Shown here piece by piece: positions 9,701 to 24,700 of a stretch of 64,000 nucleotides of DNA. The stretch is from Puniceicoccaceae bacterium (GTDB taxonomy: Bacteria; Verrucomicrobiota; Verrucomicrobiia; Opitutales; Oceanipulchritudinaceae). Under the pieces are notes generated by a model. It had not been told where the DNA came from, searched no databases, and was given only the letters and a program-made list of their open reading frames with translations. The number at the start of each line of letters is the position of its first letter. The first letter of the stretch is position 1. A program made the position numbers and the translations under genes. The stretch covers positions 160,001 through 224,000 of the forward strand of contig JBFOMH010000017.1 in NCBI GenBank assembly GCA_040830765.1, written 5' to 3'.

Positions 9701-12700
9701 ATGTATTCTCTGTCAATCCGGCCGACCTCGCCCAGCAGATCACACTGGTCAAGCTGGTTGCCGACAGTACAGTAACCGGCCTCTCTTTGGCGGACGGGGA
9801 TAATTTTGGCAGCGGTGTAGCTGTCAATGGGCTCGGCGACATCATCGCCTTTGGTGCATCCGGGACGAATGTGGGCGGCGCGGATCGAGGCGCGGCCTAC
9901 ATCATCGAGTTTGACACGACCAACCTCTTCGCGGATCCGGTTCTGCAACTGACGCTGAATAACAGCAATGTCACAGGCTTGGCGAACAACGACCTCTTCG
10001 GGCAGTCGTTGGCTCTCGACAACCCAGGCGGTGTCCTGGTGGTCGGCCAACCGGGTGATTCCAGCGGCACTGGCGCCGTTGATGTCTTCAGCCTGAACAC
10101 GACGACTTTCGCGTTCACCCAGGAAAATACGATAGACGGCACTACTCCCGGCCTGACCCTTGCCGCCGGGGATGCATTCGGGACGGGAGTCGCCCTGAAT
10201 GCCGACGCCTCGATTCTGGCGGTTGGTTCCCCCGGAGCTGAAGGGGGTGGAACTAACGAGGGAGCAGTGTCCATTCTTTCTCTCGGGGCCCTGGCTGCGG
10301 ATCCCACCCTTGAGCAGACCATCGATTCCACCACCACTTCGGTGGTCCTTGATGATGACGATGCCTTCGGGACCTCGGTCGCCTTGTCCGGCGGTGGTGA
10401 AATCCTCGCCGTCGGCGCACCTTTCGCGGACGGACCAGCAAACGGTAATCCGGACAGCGGTGAAGTCTTCCTCATGCGCCTGAATTCTTCCAATCTTTCT
10501 ATCCCGGCGGCAGAAATTGCCAAACTGGAACGGGATACTGTTTTGGCCGACGGATCGAATTTCACTGCAGTGGATACAAATGACCAGCTCGGTTCTGGTG
10601 TGGCCCTCAATGACGGGGCAAGCATTTTTGTCGGCGGAGCCGGCAACTCGGACATCAGTGGTCCGGCTACCGGGGCAGCTCACCTCTTCACTCTGGAATT
10701 GGGTCGTGATCCGACCCAAGCCCTTTTTGGCGTAGAGCCGGATGCCGAGTGGATTGTCAGTCCGGCAGACATCGTCTCCGTACTGGCCGGCAATAACCTT
10801 ACCATGCAGGCCAACACCGATATCACGGTGGAATCCCTTGTCGATGCCTCCCTCAATCCCAGCGCAGGCAATCTCACTTTCCAGGCCGGTCGTTCCATTT
10901 TGCTTAACGAAAGCATCCTCCTGAATGGTTCTTTCACCGCTACCGCCAATGATCCGGGTGCCCTCGCAGCCCATCGGGATGCGGGCGATGCCACTATTAC
11001 CATGGCTGACGGCACCAGTATCGACACCAGTGCCGCCAATGGAAGCATCACTTTGGCTTATGGCGTTGGGACCAACGGCAATGACGCGACCGGTGCCATG
11101 ACGCTCGAAACCCTCAACGCCGGTACCGGCGCCATCGACATCGATACCGTGGCCAATCAGGGTGGGGCAGTTTCCTACGAAGACATCCTGCTTAACGGTC
11201 CCGTGACCGGCGGGCTGGTTTCCGCGCAAGGTAATGCCATCATCAGTAATGTGGATGGAACCATCACCGCCAGCGACGATATTCTCCTCGAGACCGCCTC
11301 GACCGGACGTGCCGGCGGAGATATCGATCTCGAAGCAGCCGTTTCCCAGACCGGAGCCGGTACATTGACGATGCGTCCGGTGGATTCGGCTACCCCGATT
11401 CGCGTCGGAGGAACAACAGCCGGTCAGATGGGTGTGGACGTCCCCACTCTCGACCAGGTGCAGGAAGGCTTTTCAACCATCATTGTCGGTTCCTCTGGCC
11501 AGACAGGTGACATTAATGTCGCCGGGGGTCCGACGACCAACTGGAAGGACGACCTTCTCTTCGAGACCGACAGCGGCGACATTAACGTGCTTGCCGATGT
11601 CAACACGACGGGTTCCACCGATCCCGCCGACATTACCTATCGCAGTGCTACCGGTGTAACTACCATGGCCGGTAACCAACTGACGGACGGCGGCAATGTC
11701 ACCGTCGAAACGCCATTGCTGGTCGATGGTACTATCCTCATCGATACGGAAGCCGGTGATGATCTTGTCGCCGGGAACGTGACGCTCAACGGTTCAACCA
11801 TTGGTAGCCGCACCGATGCCGCCGTTGACGCAGCCAACGGTAATACGGATACCCTGACCATTGATGCGCGCGGTCTCATCGACGGGAATGTGGATATCGA
11901 GGGCCATGTTGGGAGTAATACAATCACAGGCGCGGGCGGTGTGATTGGATCCCTGATCGTCGAGGGTGCCGCCACGGTCGACCTTTCCGATGTGACCACC
12001 GCCACAGGCGGTATCCTTGTCGGTAATAGTAAAGCCACTACAGGACCAATCAATCTTCACGCCAGCACCTTGGATACCAGTGGCGCGGGGGCCGGTGTCG
12101 CCACCGGCAACATTGTCCTCAATGCAGATGCCTCCCAGGACATCGAGCTCCTCGATGGCGATGTGCAGCTGAACACCAATGACCTTGGCTACAATGGCGG
12201 AACCAACGTTAATGCCGACGGTGCTATCACGATTGCCGGCAACCAGATTGACGGCCAGACTTTCACCAACGGACTGTCTCTCGATAATGGCAGCAACTCC
12301 CTCGACCAGAGCACGGATATGCCGGTCCTGACCGAGCTGACACACTTCGTTGCCCTCAGTGATGCCAACGTAACGGTTCTCAATCCGAACAATGACGTGG
12401 CCACAGTGGCTGGTCGGACAACAACAGGCAGCTTCGCCTACCGTGATGCCAATGACCTGACTGTCGGTACAGCCGCCGGCGTGAGCGGTATCACAGCTGG
12501 GGCGGATGCCATGGCCGAAACCGTTGCTGGGACTCTAACTGTTGACCAGTCCGTGTCCGGCGGGGCAGACGTCCTTCTTTCCGCTGGCGGTGTGGCCAGC
12601 AATCTTGACCTGAATGCTTCCGTCGACTCCGGCGACGGTACCTCCCTGCTGGCCGGCAACTCGGTCTTGCAGAGTGCCAATGTCACGGCCGGTGGCAGTA

Positions 12701-15700
12701 TCGACGTGGAAGCAACAAACGGAGCCATCACCATGGATCCCGGCTCCAGCTCCACAGCGACCGATGCCAACATCCGTTACGCCGCTAATGGTGACGTGAC
12801 AGTTGGAAGCCTCGCTGCAGGTGCGGGCGATGTCAGTATTTCGTCCACCACTGGTAACATCGTCGATGCCCAGGTGACCGACGCCGTCATTGCCGATCCT
12901 GAAGGTTTTGCCATTAATCTTGGCCGCACGGTCAATGTATCCGGTGCCGGGTTGCGCATGAGCGCCGCCGGTGATGCCGGTGCCGCAGGAACACCTTTCG
13001 ACACCAGTGTCGGTACGGTTGCTGCCGATGTTAGCGGCAGTACTTACATTTACGAGAGCGATGCTGTTACCGTTGGTACAGTCGGCCCGGTTGCTGTTGA
13101 ACGCGTCGTTATCGACGCCGCCAATACAACCGCCAGCGATGCCGCTCTGGCCGGCATCAATGCGGGTGGAAATGCCAAGCTGGAAACCATCAACGGCACC
13201 ATTGCTGTCAATGACCCGGTTTCCGCAGGGACCGATGTCCAGATTGCGGCAAATGGCGCCGGGAGTGATCTTCTTCTCAATAACTCCGTTGCTGCAGGGC
13301 AGAATGTTACCCTGCTGGCCCGGAGTGCCATCATTCAGGATGCCAATGTCAATGCCGGCGGGACGATTGATGCTGAGGCATTTGACAGTGTCATAACGAT
13401 GAGTGCGGGAGCGACATCGACCGCAGCCGGGAATATCCGCTATGCTGGTGATGGAAATGTCACTACAGGTATTCTGGATGCAGGGGCCTCCTCGGTCAGC
13501 GTTGTCTCTGAGAATGGAAGCATTCTCGACGCACAGAACGACACTGTCGGTGTGGATGGAGAAGGATTTGCCACGCAGACAAATGATCCGCGGACAGCCA
13601 ATCTCATCGCCGCCAACGTACGGCTCCAGGCAGCCGGTGATATCGGCAGCGCAGGGAATCCGGTCGACTCGACGGCAGGCGTTGTCGCCGCAAGCAGCGG
13701 AGGCAGTACTTACCTTTATGAAAGCGACGCCCTCACTGTCGGAACGGTGGCCGCTGTCTCGGTTAACCGGGTCGAGCTGGCCTCCACAACCTCAACGGTG
13801 ACGGATATAGCCGCTTCAGGCATCACCGGAGGCACCAACGCCAAGGTGGAAACTGTCAGCGGCTCGATGACGGTTGATGATACCGTAACAGCAACAGCAG
13901 GCGACGCGCTTCTGGCAGCCAATGGGGCAGCCAGCGACATGGATGTAAATGCCGATGTCGCTTCTGGTGGCAATACAACCATTTTGGCCCGCAACAGCGT
14001 CCTTCAGGGAGCCAACATCAATGCCGGTGGAACCATCGACGTGGAAGCCTTTGACGGGGTTCTGACAATGGAAGCGGGTTCATCTTCAACGGCCACGGAT
14101 AATGACACCCGCTACGCCGGTCACCAGGATGTGACCATTCAGGTCCTCAACGCCGGTACGGCTGACATCAGCGTGGTTTCGTCCGATGGCTCCATCGTTG
14201 ACGGGCAGGCTGACACAGTTGGTGTCGATGCGGATGGATTTGCGACAAACGCTGGCCGCACGGTCAACTTTGAATCATCCGGACTGCGCCTCGCGGCAAG
14301 TGGTGATATCGGAGCGGCGGGCAACCCGTTGGATTCCACGGTTACCACCGTAGCCGCCAATGCGGGTGGCAGTGCCTATGTTTACGAGACGGATGCCCTC
14401 ACCGTCGGCGCGGTGGAAACGACCGTCAACCGGGTTGGTCTTGATTCAAGCCTGACCGGTGTGACCGATGCTTCGCTCTCTGGTGTAACAGGTGGTGCGA
14501 ATGCAAAGGTCGAGACGATTGATGGAACTTTGACAGTTGATACCCTTGTCACAGCCACCAGTGAAGACGTTCTTCTGGCAGCTAACGGAACCGGTGGGGA
14601 TGATGATTTGGTAATCAATGCCGACGTCAGCGCCGGGGACAGCGTCAGCCTGCTGGCCCGCGACAATGTTGCCCAGAACGCCAATGTGACCTCCGACGCC
14701 GACGGTGCGGAAGACACAGACGGTACTATCGACGTGGAAGCATTCAGTGGTTCCATTGTTATGGCGCCCGACGCAGTTTCCACAACCGACGACGACAACA
14801 TCCGCTACACGGCCGAAGTTGATGCCGGACTGGGCATTCTGGATGCCGGAACAGCTGATGTCAGTGTCATTGCCCGGACAGGACGCATTTATGATGCCCA
14901 GGGTGATACAGTCGGAGTCGACAGCGAAGGCTTTGCCACGCAGACGGGTGATCCGCGCGTGGTTAATATCCTTGCCTCCGGTATGCGGGTTTCCGCTGCC
15001 GAGGATCTCAATGATGATGGTGCAACGGTCGATCCGCTGGACACTTCCCTTGATGTCCTTGCCGGGACTGTCGGAGAGAGCATCTACATTTACGAAACAG
15101 ACGCCCTGACCATCGGTACAGTTGATGCCGTCGCAGTCGAGCGGGTTGCCCTTGAGTCCACTACGTCCACAGTCACAGACGCTGGTTCTGTTTCCGGTCT
15201 CCTGGCTGGTACAAATGCCAAGGTCGAGACAATCGATGGCACCCTGACGGTGGACCAGTTTGTCGAAGCAACCACCGCGGACGTACTCCTTGCCGCCAAT
15301 GGATCCGGCAGTGATCTCGATATCAATGACACGGTTACATCCGGTCGCCACACGACCCTGCTGGCCCGTAACGAAATTCTCCAAAGCGCCAACGTGACCG
15401 CCACCGGCACTATCGATGCTGAAGCCTTTGACGGCTCTATCCGGATGGACCCGAATGTGGTTTCCGACGCTGATGATGACAACATCCGCTACACCGCGGA
15501 AGTCGATGTCGAGCTCGGTATCCTCGATGCCGGCACAGCCGATGTCAGTGTTGTTGCGACCACCGGCTCCATCCGCGATGTCCAGGACGATCTTGTCGAC
15601 CGCGATGGCGATGGCTTTGCCACCAACGCGGCGCGCACGGTCAACATCATTGCCAATGACCTTCGGCTCGACGCGCAGGGCAGCATCGGTGAGGCCGATG

Positions 15701-18700
15701 ACCCAATCGATACGGCTGTCGACCAAATGGCCGCAGCAGCTGCTACCGGCAGCACTTATGTCTACGAGTCCGACGCAGTGACGATTGGCACGGTGGCACC
15801 GGTTACGGTCAACCGGGTTGCCCTGCAGTCCACAATCGCCGATGTAACGGACGCCGCTGACCTCGTTGGCTCCACAGCATTGGTCAATGCCAAGACCGAG
15901 ACCATCGCCGGCACCCTGACGGTTGACAACCCGGTTCTCGCCATCACCGGCGATGCCCAACTGGCAGCCAACGGCGCCGGTAGCGATCTCGACATCAACG
16001 ACACGGTCACTTCCGGACAACACACAACCTTGTTGGCCCGCAATGACCTTCTCCAGAGTGGCAACGTGACCACCGGTGGGACAATTGATGCCGAAGCCTT
16101 TGACGGCTCCATCCTCATGGACCCGAATGTTGTTTCTGATGCCAACGACGCCAACATCCGCTACACCGCAGCGGTTGACGTCGAGCTCGGTATCCTTGAT
16201 GCCGGAACGGGCGACGTCAGTGTCATTGCTGACACCGGCTCCATCCGCGATGTCCAGGACGACCTCGTCGACCGGGATGGCGAAGGCTTTGCCACCAACA
16301 CGACGCGTACCGTCAACATCATTGGCAACGACCTGCGCCTCGACGCACAGGGCAGCATAGGTGAAGCCGATGATCCGATCGACACCTCCGTTGACCAGAT
16401 GGCCGCAGTTGCCGAACAAGGCAGCACCTATGTCTATGAAACGGATGCGTTGACCATCGGTACCGTTGCACCGGTCACGGTGAACCGCGTCGCCTTGGAA
16501 TCCACCATCGTTGATGTCACGGACGCCGCCGATCTGGTTGGCTCGACCGCCGAGGTCCATGCCAAGACCGAAACTATTAGTGGGACACTGACAGTCGATG
16601 ATCCGGTCCTTGCCAGCACTGCCGATGCCCAACTGGCCGCCAACGGCGCCGGCAGTGACCTCGACATCAACGACACGGTCACGTCCGGTCGCCACACGAC
16701 TCTGCTGGCCCGCAACGACATTCTCCAGAGCGCTAATGTCACAGCCGGCGGAACCATCGATGCCGAAGCCTTCACTGGCTCCATCCTGATGGATCCGAAT
16801 GTTGTTTCCGACGCCGATGACGACAACATCCGTTACACGGCAGCTGTCGATGTTGAGCTAGGCATTCTCGATGCCGGCCTCGCCGACGTCAGTGTCATTG
16901 CTGACACCGGTTCCATCCGCGACGTCCAGGACGACCTCGTCGATCGCGATGGGGATGGCTTTGCGACCAATTCCGCCCGCACGGTGAACATTATCGGTAA
17001 CGACCTCCGCCTCGACGCGCAGGGCAGTATCGGTGAAGCCGACGATCCTATCGACACCTCCGTCGACCAGATGGCTGCGGTTGCCGCATCGGGTAGTACT
17101 TATGTCTACGAGTCTGACGCAGTGACCATCGGTACGGTCGCACCGGTAACGGTGAACCGGGTAGCGCTTGAGTCCACCATCGTCGATGTGACGGATGCTG
17201 CTGACCTCGTTGGCTCCACAGCATTGGTCAATGCCAAGACCGAGACCATCAACGGTACCCTTACCGTCGATGATCCGGTCCTTGCGACCACTGGAGACGT
17301 CCAACTCGCCGCCAACGGTACCGGCAGCGATCTCGATATTAACGACACGGTCACTTCCGGACAGCACACAACCCTCCTGGCCCGCAACTCGGTACTCCAG
17401 AGTGCAAACGTGACCGCCGGTGGCACCATCGATGCCGAAGCATTCGACAATTCAATCCTCATGGACCCGAATGTCGTTTCTGATGCCAACGACGCCAACA
17501 TCCGCTACACAGCGGCCATTGACGTTGAACTCGGTATCCTTGATGCCGGCACGGGCGATATCAGTGTGATTGCTGATACCGGCTCCATCCGCGACGTCCA
17601 GGATGACCTCGTTGACCGCGATGGCGATGGCTTTGCCACCAATACCGCCCGTACGGTCAATATTATCGGTAATGACCTGCGCCTCGACGCGCAGGGTAGC
17701 ATCGGTGAGGTTGATGATCCGATTGACACCTCCGTTGACCAGATGGCCGCTGTTGCCGCAACCGGCAGCACTTATGTCTATGAGACAGATGCGCTGACCA
17801 TCGGTACGGTCGCACCGGTCACGGTGAACCGCGTCGCGCTCGAGTCGACCATCGCTGATGTAACGGATGGCGCCGATCTCGTTGGCTCGACCGCCGAGGT
17901 CAACGCCAAGACCGAAACCATCAATGGAACCCTCACGGTCGATGATCCGGTCCTTGCCATCACGGGCGACGCCCAGTTGGCCGCGAACGGCACAGGCAAC
18001 GATCTGGATATCAATGCCACCGTCACTTCCGGTCGCCACACGACCCTGCTGGGCCGTGATGATATCCTCCAAAGCGCGAACGTAACGGCTGGTGGGACCA
18101 TTGATGCTGAAGCCTTTGACGGCTCCATCCTCATGGACCCGAACGTTGTCTCTGATGCCGACGACGACAACATCCGCTACACCGCGCAGGTTGACGTCGA
18201 GCTCGGGATCCTTGATGCCGGCACGGGTAACGTTGCCGTGACAGCAACAACCGGCTCCATCCGCGATGTCCAGGACGACCTTGTTGACCGTGACGCCGAC
18301 GGCTTTGCCACCAATACTTCCCGCACCGTTAACATCCTTGGTACGGACCTCCGCATGGACGCAGAAGGCAGCATTGGTGAAGCGGACGATCCGATCGATA
18401 CCTCCGTCGACACGCTGGCCGCGGTTGCTGCGACCGGTAGCACTTATGTTTATGAAACGGACGCTTTGACAGTCGGTACCGTCGCACCGGTGACGGTGAA
18501 CCGCGTCGCGTTGGAATCCACCATCGTCGATGTGACGGATGCCGCCGATCTCGTTGGCTCGACCGCTGAGGTCAATGCCAAGACCGAGACCATCGCCGGC
18601 ATGCTTACGGTTGACGATCCGGTCCTTGCCACCACTGGCGACGCCCAGTTGGCCGCCAATGGTGCAGGCAGTGATTTGGATATTAACGCCACCGTCACTT

Positions 18701-21700
18701 CCGGTCGCCACACCACCTTGCTCGGCCGGAACGATATCCTGCAAAGTGCCAATGTGACCGCAACCGGGACAATTGACGCAGAAGCCTTTGACGGTTCCAT
18801 CCTCATGGACCCGAACGTTGTTTCTGACGCCGATGACGACAACATCCGCTACACCGCGGAGGTCGACGTCGAGCTCGGCATCCTTGATGCCGGCACCGCC
18901 GACATCAGTGTCATTGCTGACACCGGTTCCATCCGTGACGTCCAGGATGACCTTGTTGACCGCGATGGCGATGGCTTTGCCACCAACACCACCCGCACGG
19001 TTAACATCATTGCTAACGACCTGCGCATGGACGCAGAAGGCAGCATTGGTGAAGCGGACGATCCGATCGACACCTCCGTCGACCAGATGGCCGCGGTGGC
19101 CGCAACCGGTAGCACTTATGTCTATGAGACAGATGCGCTGACCATTGGTACGGTCGCACCGGTCACGGTGAACCGCGTCGCGCTCGAGTCGACCATCGCT
19201 GATGTGACCGATGGTGCTGATCTCGTTGGCTCGACTGCTGCAATCAATGCCAAGACCGAGACCATCGCCGGCACACTTACGGTTGACGATCCGGTCCTTG
19301 CCACCACCGGCGATGCCCAGTTGGCCGCTAATGGTGCAGGCAGCGATCTCGATATCAACGCCACCGTCACCTCCGGTCGCCATACGACCCTGCTGGCCCG
19401 TAATTCGGTCCTCCAGAGCGCCAATGTCAGCGCCGGCGGTACCATCGATGCCGAAGCGTTCGACAATTCCATCCTCATGGACCCGAACGTCGTTTCGGAC
19501 GCTGATGACGACAACATCCGCTACACCGCGCAAGTCGACGTCGAGCTCGGTATCCTTGATGCCGGCACGGGTAATGTTGCCGTGACGGCGACCACCGGCT
19601 CCATCCGTGATGTCCAGGACGACCTCGTCGACCGCGACGGGGAAGGCTTTGCCACCAACACCACCCGTACGGTGAACATTATCGGTAACGACCTGCGCCT
19701 CGACGCCGAGGGCAGTATCGGTGAAGCCGACGATCCGATTGATACAACGGTCAATACCATGGCCGCAGTTGCCGCAACCGGCAGCACCTATGTCTATGAA
19801 TCGGATGCCTTGACCATCGGTACGGTCGCACCGGTCACGGTGAACCGCGTCGCGCTCGAATCCACCATCGTTGATGTCACGGATGCCGCGGACCTCGTTG
19901 GCTCGACCGCCGAGGTCAATGCCAAGACCGAGACGATCGCTGGCACCCTCACAGTTGATGATCCGGTCCTTGCCACCACGGGCGACGCCCAACTGGCCGC
20001 CAATGGTGCAGGTAGTGATTTGGACATCAATGCCACCGTCACCTCCGGTCGCCATACCACGATGTTGGCCCGCAACGACATCCTCCAGAGCGCCAACGTA
20101 ACGGCCGGCGGAACGATTGATGCCGAAGCATTCGACGGTTCCATCCTGATGGACCCGTTCGTTGTCTCGGATGCCGATGATGACAACATTCGCTATACCG
20201 CGGAAGTCGATGTCGAGCTCGGTATCCTTGATGCCGGTACCGCCGACGTCAGTGTGATTGCTGACACCGGCTCCATCCGCGACGTCCAGGACGACCTCGT
20301 CGACCGCGATGGTGAAGGTTTCGCCACCAATACCGCCCGCACGGTTAACATCATTGCTAACGACCTCCGCATGGATGCAGAGGGCAGCATTGGTGAAGTG
20401 GACGATCCGATCGACACATCCGTTGATAACATGGCTGCGGTTGCCGCAACTGGAAGCACCTATGTTTATGAATCGGATGCCCTGACCATCGGTACCGTTG
20501 CACCGGTCACGGTGAACCGCGTCGCTCTCGAGTCCACCATTGCTGATGTGACCGATGCCGCAGACCTGGTAGGCTCCACTGCTCAGGTCAATGCCAAGAC
20601 GGAAACCATTAATGGCACCTTGACCGTCGATAATGCGGTCCTTGCCACCACCGGTGATGTCCAATTGGCCGCCAACGGCACCGGCAGCGACCTCGATGTC
20701 AATGCCAATGTTACTTCAGGTCAACACACCACGATGCTGGCCCGGAACGATATCCTCCAGAGCGGCGATGTCACCGCCGGCGGAACGATTGATGCCGAAG
20801 CCTTCGACGGCTCCATCCTCATGGATCCGGATACGGTTTCTGACGCCGATGACGACAACATCCGCTACACCGCGCAAGTTGACGTCGAACTCGGTATTCT
20901 TGATGCCGGCACCGCCAACGTCAGTGTGCTTGCTGACACCGGTTCCATCCGCGATGTCCAGGACGACCTTGTCGACCGCGACGGGGAAGGCTTTGCCACC
21001 AACACCACCCGTACGGTGAACATTATCGGTAACGACCTGCGCCTCGACGCGCAGGGCAGTATCGGTGAGGCTGATGACCCAATCGACACGACTGTCAATA
21101 CGGTCGCTGCGGTTGCCGAGACGGGTAGCATCTACCTTTATGAAACGGATGCGCTGACCATTGGTACGGTTGGTTCCGTGACCGTCAATCGGGTTGCCCT
21201 CGAGTCCACGGTTGCCGATGTCATCGACACTGAGGACCTCTCCGGCCTGACCGGTGAAGTCAATGCCAAGGCTGAGACCATCAACGGTACATTGACCGTC
21301 GATGACCCGGTACTCGCCAACACCAACGATGCCCAGCTGGCTGCCAATGGCACCGGCAGCGATTTGGATATCAACGCCACGGTCACCTCCGGTCGCCACA
21401 CGACCCTGCTGGGCCGTGACGATATCCTCCAGAGCGCCAATGTCACCGCTGGCGGGACCATCGACGGGGAAGCCTTTGACGGCTCCATCCTCATGGATCC
21501 GTTTGTCGTCTCGGATGCCGATGACGACAACATCCGCTACACCGCGCAAGTTGACGTCGAGCTGGGTATCCTTGATGCCGGAACAGCCGATGTCAGCGTG
21601 ATTGCCGACACCGGTTCCATCCGCGACGTCCAGGACGACCTCGTTGACCGCGATGGCGAAGGCTTCGCTACCAACACCACCCGTACGGTGAACATTATTG

Positions 21701-24700
21701 GAAACGACCTTCGCATGGATGCGCAGGGCAGTATCGGTGAAGCTGATGATCCGATTGACACCTCCGTCGATACCCTGGCCGCCGTCGCCGAGACGGGAAG
21801 CACCTATGTCTATGAAACGGATGCCCTGACCATTGGAACGGTTGCTCCGGTCACCGTCAATCGAGTGGCCCTTGAGTCCACTATCGCTGATGTGACGGAC
21901 GCCGCCGACCTGGTTGGTTCCACTGCCGAGGTTCACGCCAAGACCGAAACCATCGCCGGGACCCTTACGGTTGATGATCCGGTCCTTGCCAACACCGGCG
22001 ACGCCCAACTGGAAGACAAGGGCACCGGCAGTGAACTCGACATTAATGCCACGGTCACATCAGGTCAGCACACCACAATGCTGGCTCGCAACGATATCCT
22101 CCAGAGTGGCAATGTCACAGCCGGCGGAACGATTGATGCCGAAGCCTTCACCGGCTCCATCCTCATGGACCCGGATGCAGTTTCTGATGCCGACGATGAC
22201 AACATCCGCTACACCGCGGAAGTCGATGTCGAGCTGGGAATCCTTGATTCCGGAACCGCTAACATCAGCGTGCTTGCTGACACCGGCGACATCCGCGACG
22301 TCCAGGATGACCTTGTCGATCGCGACGCTGACGGCTTTGCCACTAACACGGCCCGGACCGTCAACCTCATTGGTGACAACCTGCGCCTCGACGCGCAGGG
22401 CAGCATCGGTGAAGTCGATGATCCGATTGACACGACCGTCAACACAGTTGGTGCGGTTGCTGAAACCGGTAGTATCTATCTCTACGAGTCCGACGAACTG
22501 GTCGTTGGTACGGTCGGTTCGGTTACCGTCAATCGTGTGGCCCTTGAGTCCACGGTTGCTGATATTGTCGACACGGCTGACCTCTCCGGCTTGACCGGTG
22601 AAGTCAATGCCAAGGCGGAAACCATTGATGGTACCCTTACCGTCGATGATCCGGTTCTCGCCAACACGGGCGATGCCCAATTGGCCGCCAACAGCACGGA
22701 TAGCGACCTTGATATCAACGCCACGGTCACCTCCGGTCGCCACACGACCCTCTTGGCCCGCCGCGATATCCTCCAGAGTGCCAATGTCACTGCTGGTGGA
22801 ACCATTGATGGGGAAGCCTTTGACGGCTCCATCCTGATGGATCCGGACGTTATCTCCGACGCTGATGACGACAACATTCGCTACACCGCACAGGTCGATG
22901 TCGAGCTCGGCATCCTTGATGCCGGAACTGGCAATGTCGCCGTCACGGCCACCACCGGTGATATCCGCGACGTCCAGGATGACCTTGTCGACCGCGATGC
23001 GGACGGCTTTGCCACCAACACGGCCCGGACGGTCAACATCATCGGTACCGACCTGCGCATGAGCGCAGAGGGCAGTATTGGTGAAGCGGATGATCCGATT
23101 GATACATCCGTCGACACGCTGGCCGCTGTTGCCAATACTGGCAGTTCCTACGTTTATGAAACGGATGCTTTGGTCATCGGGACCGTCGCCCCGGTCACGG
23201 TGAACCGTGTCGCCCTCGAGTCCAGCCTTGCTGACGTTACGGATGCGGCCGACCTCGTTGGCTCGACTGCCGAGGTCAATGCCAAGGCGGAAACGATCAA
23301 CGGTACCCTGACCATCGATGATCCGGTACTCGCCAATACGGGTGATGCCCAGCTAGCCGCCAATGGCGCTGGCAGTGACCTCGATATCAATGCCACGGTC
23401 ACCTCTGGTCGCCACACGACATTACTCGCCCGCAACGACATCCTGCAGAGCGGGAACGTGACGGCCGGCGGAACTATTGACGCTGAAGCCTTTAATGGCT
23501 CCATCCTCATGGATCCGGATACGGTTTCCGATGCTGACGACGACAACATCCGCTACACCGCGGAAATGGACATCGAGCTCGGTATCCTTGATGCTGGCAC
23601 CGGCAATGTCGCCATCACAGCTACGGCCGGTTCCATCATCGACGTTCAGGATGACCTCGTCGACGTGGACGGGGATGGCTTTGCCACCAACACCAGTCGC
23701 ACCGTCAATATCACCGGCACCGACCTGCGTTTGAATGCCGCTGAGGAAATTGGCGAAACCGACGATCCGATCGATACAATGGTCGACATGGTGGCTGCTA
23801 ATGCAGGTGGAGCTGTGTATCTGTATGAAAGCGATACATTGGCCATCGGCACCGTCGCCCCCGTGACGGTGAATCGCGTTGCGTTGGAATCCACCATTGC
23901 TGACGTCACCGATCCCGCCGACCTCGTCGGCGTGACCGCCACGAGCTACGCCAAGGTGGAAACCATTGATGGTTCCATGACGGTTGATGACGCTGTCACC
24001 GCCACCAGCGGTGATGTCCTGCTCGCCGCCAATGGGACTGGCGGGGATGATGACCTCGTCGTCAACGCTGCCGTTACCTCCGGTGACTATATGAGCTTAC
24101 TGGCCCGCGACAGCGTCCTCCAGAACGCCAACATCACTTCCGATACGGATGGTACTGAAGACGACATCGGCACCATCGATGTGGAAGCCTTCAGCGGCTC
24201 CATCATCATGGATGGCGATGCGGTCTCCCTCACGGACAATGACAACATCCGCTACACCGCGGAAGTCGATGCCGGTCTCGGCATCCTCAACGCCGGTGAT
24301 GCTTATGTAAGTGTCATTGCCCGGACGGGCCGTATCTACGACGCCCAGGGTGACACCGTTGGTGTGGACAGCGAAGGCTTCGCCACCCAGACCGGTGATC
24401 CGCGCGTCGTCAACATCATTGCCAATGGTATGCGGGTCTCCGCCGCTCTCGATCTCAACGACGATGGCGGAACGGTTGATCCGCTCGATACGTCCCTCAA
24501 CACCATCGCTGGTGTAGTTGGACAGAGCATCTACATTTACGAAACGGATGACCTGACCATCGGTACCGTCCCGGCCGTTCCGGTCGAGCGTGTCGCCCTC
24601 GAGTCGACCACCGCCACGGTAACGGATGCCGCTCCGGTCTCCGGACTGGATGCCGGCACCAACGCCAAGGTAGAGACCATCGATGGCTCCCTCACCGTGG

